From Pristiophorus japonicus (Eukaryota): 64,000 bases of DNA. The stretch spans positions 15,996,001 to 16,060,000 of the forward strand of contig NC_091995.1 in the NCBI RefSeq assembly GCF_044704955.1. Direction: 5' to 3'. The translations under genes were made by a program, and so were the position numbers. This document shows, piece by piece, positions 13,298-25,100 of the stretch. The number at the start of each line of letters is the position of its first letter. The stretch's first letter is position 1. The notes under the pieces are model-generated. The model searched no databases. It was not told the DNA's origin and saw nothing but the letters and a program-made list of their open reading frames with translations.

Positions 13298-14269
13298 TGT
13301 ACGATCCTATGATACAGCTCAGCTTAGCTGCTAGGTTGCCAAGTCTATCACAACGGATCGACCTAATCTCGCATCTCCAGGAGTGTCATGCTGGAGTTAA
13401 ACCGCCTTCAAACAGACCCCGCTTGCCCATCGCCACCGATATGATCATCATTCCTGGTCAGTAACAACTGCCAACCACCGCTTTGTACCTTCACTGGTTG
13501 AACAAGAGATGGCAGCAGCGCTTGCGAGGTGAGCAACAGAACAAACGAAATATTTTTGAGCTGCATTACCGCCATCCTCGAGATTTCAACGGGAATACTA
13601 CGTTTTATTCAAATGCATAACTGGTCTTCCAGTTAGAAGTGTGGGAGTTCCGCAAACACTGCGTATACGTCTGAAATCTATGCAGCTAACTACATTCGAA
13701 TACAGGTACACAGCTTAAAAATGTATTTTGCCCTCTTTAATTTGCAGCATGGGTAGGTAGAGGATTTAATCACCGTCCTCACTGATGATGCGTATTTAAA
13801 TTTGCAGCCTCTTAAACTGCTTGAGGCGTTGACTCAGAATTGATATTTCTCATCAGATCTGTCACGGACAACTGCCTTTAGTGCGGTGGAAGGCTCTTCA
13901 CGTGGGAGCTTGCCACGTGGCAGCTATCCAGATGCTCTGGAAGTCCAGGTCCAAAGCCACATAACAGGCTTGCTCTTTGTCAACTGTTCTATCCAGCTAC
14001 TCATGTTGGCTCTTTTCTCAAAGGATATGCCCACCATATGGCCTGAGCAATATTTAATGCCAGAACCCTAATCCACCCTGAAACTCTGTTCCTTTTTTTT
14101 AATCAAAAAAGTACCTTGCAACTTAGCCTTGGATCCGGAACATGGATGGAAGGAATCTCTTGTGAACTATAGGAGAGGAATAGCTCGTGTGGTGAATTTC
14201 AGTTACATCATAAGGAAATTCTTTCCGAATTAACATAAATCCGTTACTTAGACTCATGAAATATTACAA

Positions 14270-14399
14270 CACAGAAAGAAGCCATTCTGCCCATTATTGT
14301 GTGTGCCGGCCCTTTAAAGTGGCTATAAAATTAGTCCCACTTCAGCACTCTTTCTCTATTGCCTTGCAAATTCAAATATTTATCCAATTCCCTTTTGAA

Positions 14400-14433
<34 letters not shown>

Positions 14434-14511
14434 CGAGAGCGAGAGAGATAGAATGAGAGAGAGGTAGAATGAGAGAGAGAGAGAAGGCGAGAGAGAGAAG
14501 GCGAGATAGAT

Positions 14512-14543
<32 letters not shown>

Positions 14544-14830
14544 GGCGAGAGAGAGAGAGAAGGCGAGAGCAAGAGAGAGAGACTATTGAATCTGCTTCCA
14601 ACACCCATTCAGGCAATGCATTCTGTTCATAACAACTTGCTGTGTAAAAAATAAAAAGATCATCTTATTTCTGGTACTTCTGCCAATTATGTTCAATCTG
14701 CGTCCACTGGTTGCCGACCTTCCCACCAGTGAAATATTTTCTCCTTATGGGCTCTATTAAAACCATCTTGAACATGTCCATTAAATTCTCCGTTAACCTT
14801 CTCTGTTCTAAGTGGAACAGTCCCAGCGGG
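14270..14830 (-). mobile_element. CR1 3' fragment containing a GA microsatellite
   Basis: ORF LGLFHLEQRRLTENLMDMFK; CR1 UTR on both sides of the repeat. Confidence 0.7.
14401..14582. repeat. (GA)n compound microsatellite
   Basis: Direct inspection. Confidence 0.95.
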
Positions 14831-17472
14831 TCAAATACGCATAGGGAGCAGAGAAGTTCTTCCACCTATAAAGTATCTTCTGTAGACCAGTAGCTTAACT
14901 TAAATTACTACATGTAAGCTACCTTGTGGCTTTGGTCTCAAAATGCACAATACCATCAAGCATTGGTACATGTTTCCTTTTAATTGCAGATGCCCGGATG
15001 TGACTACACCACTGAAAGTTCTAACCATCGCACAGCTAAAGTTTATGCATACGTTTGAGTATAGATTATGGTCAATTATTCAGTCTATTGGAACAATATA
15101 TTTTGCAAGATCCCTAACCCTATTACCGCCCAAGTCTTTAACGTGAAACTACCAGATATGTGAAAGGATGCTTGCGTGGGTGTCGCTTGCTTGTAACAAA
15201 CTTAAACCACAAGACATTGTCTGATAAGAAACAACAATGCCAGATATTGAAGTAATACTTTCCATCAAAGGTTGACAAGAGCAGACATTATTTGCAAGAC
15301 AGATTGTGAAAGTATAATTGATAAATATTGAACAAGTGCGTTGCAAAACCTTTCTGAGAAAAAGCAAGTGTCCAGTGATAGAAAAATAAACCATTTAGCT
15401 TCCGATCATGTACTTTCAGGCTTGACGTGACCCTAAAAGGTTAACATTTATTTTCACAGAAGATGGATTCTAGAGTGGGTTTTAATATACTGTTCAAATA
15501 CATATTTCAATCTAATGCTGAGACAGCAACGGAGAGTAATATTGAGCGGGGTGTAAAACCGACTTTGCACCCGATCTCGCCAGTTTCCCGAGGGAGAGGT
15601 TAAGTTAAAATTGTCCCCAGCGTTTCTGCTTTTAGAGGTTTGGACCTCAGTTGATTTCACAATTGTCAGCGGTTCGTTTAAGTTGCAGGCTTTTTACATT
15701 TTGTACCAACCTTTGCAAAAATATAAATGAACTTTGTTTGGCTTGAAGTCTTTAATAGTCCATGTTGTTTCTATAGAGCTGCTCACCTACAGAAAAATGC
15801 CTCAGAATATTTCCCATGGCAGAGAAAAAAGAAAAGTAACCACATAGCATGAACGGCCAGATATTGAGGAAAGGACAATAGGGTTTGTACCTACTGGTAA
15901 AAAGCAGATTTATTGACTGATGTCAGGATACAGGTCGTTAAACAAAAAATATAGATGCCCTCCCTACATTGTATTCGCCTTTAATACTAAGCTCAAGATG
16001 TATAGATCTTTGAATTAGCCGCATTTATAAATTTCTTATTCAATACTGCCTTTGCTTTCTGCTTCAAAATTTAAAGGGTGTGTGAGACAATATTTGAACT
16101 GTATGTGGTTAAATACTGCCTACAGAAATATTATTTGATTAAACACGCTGTAATGGGAGAACTTCGTCATTATTTTAATAAGCTATGTCACCCATCTGCA
16201 AGACATAAAATAATGATTTGCTCATCCCAGTTTATGCAAATGAGTAAATGTAATGCGAAGAGTATAGAAAAGTCATTGCTTATTTACATGTAGTTTAGAA
16301 GCAAATCAGTTCGGATTGATATTTGGCAGAAACTCTTGTTTTCCTGGGCTCAGGTTTCTTAGAAGATAGAAGCAAAATTAATCCTGAACTTATCTCAGAG
16401 ATCTGCCAAATATTTATCTTCGAAGAGAAATCTTAGGATATACAACAAAAGAGAGAGGAGACAATGGGCAAGGCTACATCTTAGAACCTCTATGCTCACC
16501 ACAGTACGAGATAGATACAGCTTTGCAGCCGATGGTAATTTATTCAGCCGCCATGCCCCGATACGCCAAAACTCACTCCATAATTCTGAACACCTTGTAG
16601 CCTTCCTTTTAAAAGCCATCTTAAAACACTTCACTTCCAAAGATAATTTTAGATGAGAAGCCATGCAGGCAAACCAAATCACGCTTCCATATAAACCTAC
16701 TACTCCCCCCACAGCAGTAATTCAATTGTTTTTGGAATGACACCACAGTTTTTGCCTTCATTAACCAACTTGGAGAATCTATACACGTATCTAGACTCAT
16801 TGTATAAAGAAGTATATCCTGGCATCAATCTATAAATCTACTTTTTTTAACGTGTTAGTACCTATGCTCCCTTTTATACTTCCCTCCATCGCTGCCCCCT
16901 AATACTAGGTGTTTACGTTTTTCCACTCTGCCCTGCAAAATTCTCTGCGTTCGACATTGCACTGTAGCTGAGGAGCTCTAGACTACCATTGATATTTGTG
17001 TGATTCTTATTTAACTGTAGAGCAACGCCTTCCATCGACCGTTACCATGGTCAGTAATAGGAAAGCAACTATTAGTTTGCCTGAAATGTAGTTTTATTGA
17101 AAAGAACTGGAACATTACATTTTACAATGCAAAACTGTACAATTGTTTGATACACTGAAGCATACATTTCAGTCCGCATATCTATATTGCTCCACCGTTG
17201 TTGTTGAAAAATAGGAGGGTTACCTACAAGAAGTCCAGATTATTAGTGAAGCATATGTAACATTTTGAATTCCGGAAAGAGCTTCTCTTAAATAGAGACA
17301 CAAAATTATGTTGAACTGATGCAATTACTATTAATCACGAGAAATAATTTTAAAATAGCAAGGAAAACGGCATAACAATCTTACGAGTTGCTATCAGTAC
17401 ATATATGATTCCCTATTTTAATATCTTGCATTATATTTTACATTCTCATAATGTTTCCTTTTTTACTTATAG

Positions 17473-17775
17473 GTGGTGTACGATCTACTGAAGTCTCTCA
17501 AATTCCTATTTGATAGACACGGAGATAGTTGTACATATATATATTCCTTTCAATTCTGCTTGTTACTAAGCTTCATGCTTTCAGTTGCTAGTTGGAGGCA
17601 ATGTACAGGCAATGTACAGAACTCGTCCACGCAGTTCACTCTGACGGTTTCAAGGTTTTTATCTTTCACATTAACAATGAAAAACGTTAGGATAAGAAGT
17701 CTTCCTCCAGTCAACAGCTGTCACGAGTGCAAATCTTTGGCTACTAATTTGGGGGCTGTCTGTGATTATTGTTTC
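17473..17775 (+). pseudogene. Degenerate NKp30-like Ig V exon (pseudo-exon)
   Basis: Strong acceptor tttccttttttacttatag. Phase-1 start GVRSTEVSQIP, then with frameshifts GDSCTYIYSFQ...SVASWRQ...VQNSSTQF...SRFLSFTLTMKNVR...NSC/RVQIFG, collinear with V-domain landmarks. Stop at 17511 and the B-strand Cys appears to be replaced by Tyr. Confidence 0.55.
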
Positions 17776-17904
17776 CTGTGCCACCTGCAGCAAACAATTG
17801 TACAGCATGACACACATAACACGGGCCATCTTTATCATTGAGAAAACCAGTTGTAAGTCTGAAACCCATTGTAAGGAACACCACAGAAGGTGGAAATAAT
17901 CAGG

Positions 17905-18432
17905 TAAAGGGCGCTGGAGAGGGTGCAGAGTAGATTTTAAGGATGTGACCAGAAATGCAAGCGGATGCATATCAGGAAAGCATGAACCGGCTGGGTATCT
18001 GTTCACTTGAAAAAAGAAGGCTGAGCGGTGACTTAATAAATGTCTTTAAAATTATGAACGCTTTTGATAGAGTGGATACAGAGAGAATATTTCCACTTGT
18101 GGGGAAGAGTATAATGAGAGGCCATCGATATAAGATAGTCACCAAGAAATCCAATAGGGAATGCAGAAGAACATTCTTTACCAAAGAGTGGTGAGAATGT
18201 GGAACTCGCTGCCTGCCACAGCGACTGGTTGAAGCAAATACTTTAGCTGCATTTAAGGGGAGACTAGACAAGCATATGATGGAGAAGGGAATAGAACGTT
18301 GTGCTGATAGATTTAGTTGAGGAAAGACAGGGGGAGGGTCCAGTGGAGCATAAACGCTGGCTTGGCCCGGTTGGGCCGAATGTCCCGTTTCTGTGCTGCA
18401 CATCCAATCTAATTCTATGTAATTCTATGTAG
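17905..18432 (+). mobile_element. CR1 3' fragment
   Basis: ORF YQESMNRLGICSLEKRRLSGDLINVFKIM; (aattctatgt)n tail. Confidence 0.85.
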
Positions 18433-19049
18433 TTAGTAATAAACTATGATTTATAAAATCTTTGGATTGTCGGAGGCTGGGTAGACTGAGAGAATTGAGA
18501 AACCCCGCAGTGCGAACGTCCCGGTAAGAATGACTTCAAGTTGCACATTTGGCATTAGTCTTTATTTGAAAAGAATGAATGTTCAAGGAGGAGAAAGAAA
18601 GCGCATGGCGGTGCACTTGTAGTATGAGAGGGGCAAGAGAAATTCAGAAAAAAATATATAGTAGCATCGATAAAAGACAAGTCAGAACCGCTGCAATTAA
18701 AAAAAAAAGATGTATAAGTAAATTTCCAGCTAATATTTAGGTATTCAAAAGCATTTCAGTGTATTGCACTTTTTCATTATTTCTGAATTATATCAATTAT
18801 CCCTGACAGTTGGCTGCACAATGGTAGCAGCAACTTGAAAGAGCGGAGAGGTTTTTGAAATGAAAAAGAAACAGTACCACCTATTTAAAATTTCATACAA
18901 CATGTATTCTACATCAATGTTCAAAAACTAGTTATAACACAAAACCAAAAGATTCTAATGAAATATTCTTGTCATACAGTTTGTTTGATAAAGCTGGGTG
19001 CTGAAGCAGATATTTGATAATAATCAGACGATGCCGCGCTGGTTGAAAT

Positions 19050-19136
19050 CTACTGCATGGTCCTTCTTGGCGGTGGTGCACGTTTTTTGTTTGCCTTAAC
19101 TTCATTATCATGACAACGAAGGTAACCATCTTCATG
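19050..19136 (-). CDS. Gene A putative terminal coding exon ([28 protein letters not shown])
   Basis: Acceptor atgttcttgctccaaag, phase 0 matching exon 6, Tyr and Pro/Arg-rich tail, TAG at 19050-19052; an AATAAA lies downstream on the minus strand at 18561-18566. Confidence 0.62.
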   Translation of the reverse strand, partial: HEDGYLRCHDNEVKANKKRAPPPRRTMQ

Positions 19137-22100
19137 CTTTGGAGCAAGAACATGAACATTACTTTGGATAGCATCAAGTTAAAAAGAAGCCATTCTTTCA
19201 CCACTTAATTTTTTATAGCAAGCATTCATTTCAGACCCATTGCGTTCTTTCCTTCAGAGCAGTCTTAAACTTGTATTGGCCTAGAAATTATGCTGTGCAA
19301 AATTAGGCTTTGGTAAGGCATCTTCATTGGTGGACGTGCCTTGAGCTGCCTAGGCCGTGAGCTTTAGAATTCCCGCCTTAATCCTCTCCGCCTCTCTATC
19401 TCTCTTTCCTCCTTTAGGACGCTCCTTAAAACCTGCCTCTTTGGCCAAGCTGTTGGTCACCTGCCCTAATATCTCCTCATACATCTCGGTGTCAAATTTT
19501 ATTTGATATTTTCTCCTGTGAAGCACAGTGGGACAATTTATGATGTTAAAGGCGCTATCTATATACAAGTTGTTGTCGCTGAAAGTGTAGAATTCAACAG
19601 TTATTACATTCTGGGGGAAATGAGTTGTGATTGGAGGCGGCTTTTCACGTCTACACATGAGGATGCAGAGAGCAGGCATAGGACAATGTTCGGAGCGAAA
19701 GAGGAATAAGACATGAAACATCATAGGAGCAGTGTCAGTTAGATTACATTGTAGAGCTACAGTTACGATGTATCTGCAGGTCTCACATACAAGCATACAC
19801 AGAGTTTCTCTATATAGAAAGTTTTCAAGGGAGAATCCTTGCTTTCATAGAATCATTCGATCATAGAAATTTAAAGCAGAGAAGGAGGCCATTCGACCCA
19901 TCATGGTCGTGCTGGCCGACAAAGAGCTACCCTGCCTGATCCCACTTTCTAGCTCTTGGCCCATAGCCTTGTAGGTTACGGTATTTCAAGTGTATATCCA
20001 AGTATTTTTTAAATGTGATAAAGCTTTCTGCCTCTATCACCCTTTCAGGCAGTGCGTTCCAAACCCCCACCACCCTCTGGGTGAAAAAAGTTCTCATCAA
20101 GTCCCCTCTAAATCTCCTACCAATTACTTTAAATCTATGCCTCCTGCTAAGGGAATAGGTCCTTCCTATCCACTCTATCTATGCCCCTTATAATGTTATA
20201 CACTTCAAATAGATCTCCTCTCAGCCTCCATTGTTCCAAAGAAAACAAGCCCAGCCTATCCAATCTTTGCTCATAGCTAAAATTCTCCAGTCCAGGTAAC
20301 ATCCTTGTAAATCTCCTCTGTACTCTCTCTAGTGCATTCACATCTTTCCTGTAATGTGGTGACCAAAACTACACGCAGTACAATAGCTGTGGCCGGAGTA
20401 GTGTTTTACACAGTTCATGCATAAACTCCCTGCTCTTATAAGAACACAAGTACAAATGAAATAGGAGCAGGAGAAGGCCATACGACCCCTCGAGCCTGCT
20501 CTGCCATTTAATATGATCATGGATGATCCGATCATGGACTCAGGTCTACTTCCCTTCCCGCTCTCCATAACCCCTAATTCCCTTATCCTTTAAGAAACTG
20601 TCTATTTCTGTCTTAAGTTTAGTCAATGCCCCAGCTTCTACAGCTCACTGCGGCAGCGAATTCCACAGAACCACAAACCTCTGAGAAAAATAATTTTCTC
20701 CTCATCTCAGTTTTAAATGGGCAGCCCCTTATTCTAAGATGATGCCCCCTAGTTCTTGTCTCCGCTATCAGTGGAAACATCCTCTCTGCATCCACCTTGT
20801 CAAGCCCCCTCATAATCTTATACATTTCGATAAGATCACCTCTCATTCTTCTGAATTCCAATGAGTAAAGGCCCAACCTACTCAACCTTTCCTCATAAGT
20901 CAACCCCCTCATCTCTGGAATCAACTGATCGACACTAATATTCTATGCCTCAGCTAATAAAGGCAAGTATCCCGTGTGCCTTCTTTATCACCTTGTCTCC
21001 CTGTCCTGCTATCTTCAGGAATCTTTGGGCATGCACTCCAAAGGTTCCTCTGTCCTTTTGCACTTCTAAGTGTCCTACCATTTATTGTGTATAAATTGCC
21101 TTGTTCGCCCTCTGCAAATGCATTGCGTCACACTTCTCTGATTGAATTCTATTTTGTATTCCATGCTTTGTAAACAGGGTTCAGATTAAAAGAAAGCGCA
21201 AAGGAGCTCCGATTACCTTCCTTTGTACTTCGCAAAGCAAATTTCACTGCATCGGGATTTACACTCTATACAGCGCCAGACATAAAACTCGCTAATCTTG
21301 CTCAAGCCCTCACTCTGGATTGCCAAACAGAAACCAAACCTCAGCTTGCCAATACTTGCATCATCAATGCTCGTTAAGTGAAATCTACACGATTGAACGG
21401 TCAGATTAAGGAGCACAGAGCCAGTCTCTAGAATCGCTGTTCAGTAATTTGAGGGAGGAATCAATGTCTAATTTCTGAGCTGGGTCCACAAAATAGACGG
21501 GAAGTCCTCTGTTGCGAATGATTCATGCAGTGCTCAAGCTTCAAGCTGGCATTTTAGGCCAACGTAAAGTGTTGTCATAGGAAAACTTTGGAGAACTGCT
21601 TAAAAAAGTGAAATTAATTTAAATAAAGTACTTGCCACCCAGGGCGGACCTCTGTGCATTGGTCGTGCATTGGTCTTCATGTGGAATGACTGCTGTGCAA
21701 TGGAGGTCTTAAAGGAATAGACGTGTTTTGTATCTTCTTTTCAGTGTCGTAATGTTGCTATTTTTTTCATGTTGCTATTAATTACCTGTCATTACTTTAC
21801 TACAGTTTTATTTTTAATTTGTTCCTTATATAAGTGTATATGGGGAATGTTTGTGTCAAATTAAAATAGCAGGGTATCTGAAGATTCTCTCGAAACCCTA
21901 TTGCAATTGAAGCATTTAAAATATTTCAGTTTAAACCAAAACTTTAATTTAAAAAAAGGGGACACGCATCAAGAGACTGAATATAACAGCTGTTCTGGGA
22001 GTTATGGGAGCAGCACGGTATCGGAATACATTCTGCAGAACCCCAAGGAGTTTACCAGGTTAAAGTACAGTTAATAATGGTTGTTGCTTTAAAAGCGCCC

Positions 22101-25100
22101 ATACGGCATGGTTCTGGTCTCCTTATTTCGAAAATGATATTGAAGCACTGGACAAGATGCAAAAAAGATTTACGAGGGTGATACCAGAACTGAGGTCCTA
22201 GCTATGAGGAAAGACTGAACAGACTGGGGTTGCTTTCTCTAGAGAAGAGAAGTCTGAGAGCTGGCCTAATCGAGGCATTCAAATTATGAGGGTTTCGATA
22301 GTGTAGATGTAGGGACGACGTTTCCACTTATGGGACGTTATGTCTACATTATGTAATTATGCCTACAACTAGGGGCCATAAAAATAAGATCGTCATTAAT
22401 AAATACAATAAGGAACTCAGGAGAAACTTTTATACGAAGAGAATGGTAATAACGTGGAACTACTATATGGAATAGTTGAGACGAAAAACATAGATAACTT
22501 TAAGGGGAAACTAGGTAAGTACATAAGGGAGAAAAAATTAAAACGTTATGCTGATAGGGTGAGATGAAGCAGAGTGGGCTAGAGTGGAGCATAAACACTA
22601 GCATAGACCAGTTGGGCTGATCAGCTTGTTCCTGTGGTGTAAATTCTATGTGACTGAATCAGATTATTTACAATCTTAGCATCCTATTTTCCCCCGAACT
22701 GAGATTCCTATCCCACTTCCCATCCATCCCCAAGACTACCTACTTCCACCTTCATACCATTGCCCCCCTCTGCTGCTGCTGCGGTTCATCTGCTCCTGAA
22801 GCCCTCATCCATGCCATTGTTACCTCTGGAATATTCCAATGCTCCCATGGCTGGCCTCCCATCTTGCACCCTCCGCAAACTGGAGCCCATCAAAACTCGG
22901 CTGTCCATGTCCTACTCCGCAACAAGTCCCGTCCACCCATCACCCCTGTGCTCACTTACATATATTGGATCCCAGTCCGGCAAAATCTGCATTTTTCTAA
23001 ACAAATCCTTCCATGGCGTCACTCCTTCCGATCGCTCTAACCTCCTCCAGCCCTACAAATCTCCTAGATCTCTGCACTCCTCCAATTCTGGGCACTTGTG
23101 AATCCCCGATTTTCTTCACTCCAACATTGGCGGACGTGCCTCCAGCTGCCTCGAACCTAGGCTCTGGAATTCTGCACTGTCTCTCCTAAAACTCTCTACC
23201 TCTTTTCACCAAGTTTTTTGGTCACCTGTCTTAATATCTTCTTATGTGGCTCGGTACTAAATGTAACATATATATGGTCTGTTTTGTTGCAAGCTAATAT
23301 AATGGTTATTGAATGCCAGTGTATGATGCATCCATCAGAATAACCAACGCTATCTTTTCGTCTTTTTGTGAATAGCAACGATTGCATGATGTGACTTACT
23401 GCAATTTCCACTGTGCAGGTTTCATTAATGGCAGCCACGTAAACATCTGGAAGTTAGGCTTCGACTCGTCCTCATGCTAACCACTACTTGCTCATCCTTA
23501 ACTGCACGTGGTCACTCATCTGGTGCTACCTACTCAGCTTCTGGCAGGATGTGTGTTGCGGTCCCAGTGCTTGCAAACCTTGGTGAGAAAGATGACGGTG
23601 GCATTATCTTGTTTTGGGCGACAGGCAGGACTGTCTGCTTTCACTCCAGGTTTGCAATGGCAACAAATGTTAGAAAGCTGTACCCCAAGAATACCCACAG
23701 GAAATCTGCAAATAAATTGTGCGTTGAGCCAGTGCAATGTTAACCCAACCTGCCCGTCGAGAAACTGACGGGATCAGAGGCAACGCTGGTTTTATGTCCC
23801 GTCCAAATATTAGGCTTGGCACAAAACTGGCATTCCATTCCATCCCGTGAATTCCCGCCTGGCGAGTTCGATTAAAATGAGCCCTACTGTGTGTTGTCCA
23901 TACAGTTGTGTATATGCCTATGTGACAGTGGGTAAGAAGAAAATAAGCTAGAACAACAAAAGCATGCCGTGTTTAGCTTGGTGCAAGGCTGTATTTCACC
24001 TTTCTGCAAGGACTATATGTAACTTCTCAGTCCTCCTCCAAGTCAGCTCTCTCCGCAACCCCACCCCCCCCCCCTATATTATGTGCCATCTTGACATGAT
24101 AGCAGAGAAATAGTGTGGATGTGTTGAAGGAGCACACAAACAGTAATCGGCACATTTTCAGACTAGAGACGACCCTATACATTGGCAAGAATCGATATAT
24201 TATGCAACTATTTCTGCCCTTTGAAGTTGATAGTTCTCGAAAGGGTTTCCATTGTAATTTGCACTTTGAATGCATATACTCTTGATCCGTGGGTATGAGC
24301 GGTAAAAATGGAAAGAGATTGTAGGGTTGTGTTATTGATTGTATGATGGGACGAAGGAATTCGGTGTTGTAAGGTAAAAATAAATAAGGGTAAAGTCACT
24401 GGAGGTGAGGAATGGACCTTTAATCTTATTTTCATTATGAAACTATCAGTGTAAAAGGTATAGAGGGCACTAAACTTCCCAAATTTCAGTCTGGAGAAAT
24501 GTTTTAGCAAATACTTAGCAAGCCCAACAAGAGGGGGGCAGTTCTGCATTAAATGTTTGGGAATGCAGCGGGGAAGGTGGAATGGGTATCAGTGGGAGAG
24601 CATTGTGCTAGAGATCATTATTCAGTTAGATTTAGCATAATTATGAATAAGGACAAAGAAAAAAGAGGAGTAAAGGTGTTAAATTTGGGGAAGGCCAATT
24701 TTACTAGGCTGAGAAGTGATTTAGAAAAAGTGGACTGGAAACAGTTACTTGAAGGTAAATTCGTGCCAGAGTAGTGGGAGGTATTCAAGAGGGAGGTAAA
24801 TAGAGTTCAGGGTAAACATGTTCCCACAAAGAAAAAGGGTAGAATTGCCAAATTTAGAGCTCCCTGGATGACAAGGTGCATACAGGGTAAGATAAAGCAA
24901 AAAAGGGAAGCCTATATCAGATATTGTGAGCTCAATACTACAGAAAGCCTAGATGAGTATAGAAAGTGCAGGGGTGAAATTAAGAAAGCAAAAAGAGGGC
25001 ATGAAAAAATACTGGCAAGTAGAGTCAAAGAAACCCGAAAGATGTTTTACAATTACATAAAGAGCAAGAGGATAATTAAGGAAAGGGTAGGGCTTATTAG

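Noticed and set aside
14372-14616. Ser/Leu-rich ORFs
   Set aside because: (GA)n microsatellite.
23400-23446. Minus-strand segment ttccag|...GCA|gtaagt ([16 protein letters not shown]) as a gene A exon
   Set aside because: Weak acceptor; phase 1-0 cannot follow exon 6 and would work only as a mutually exclusive alternative, for which there is no support.
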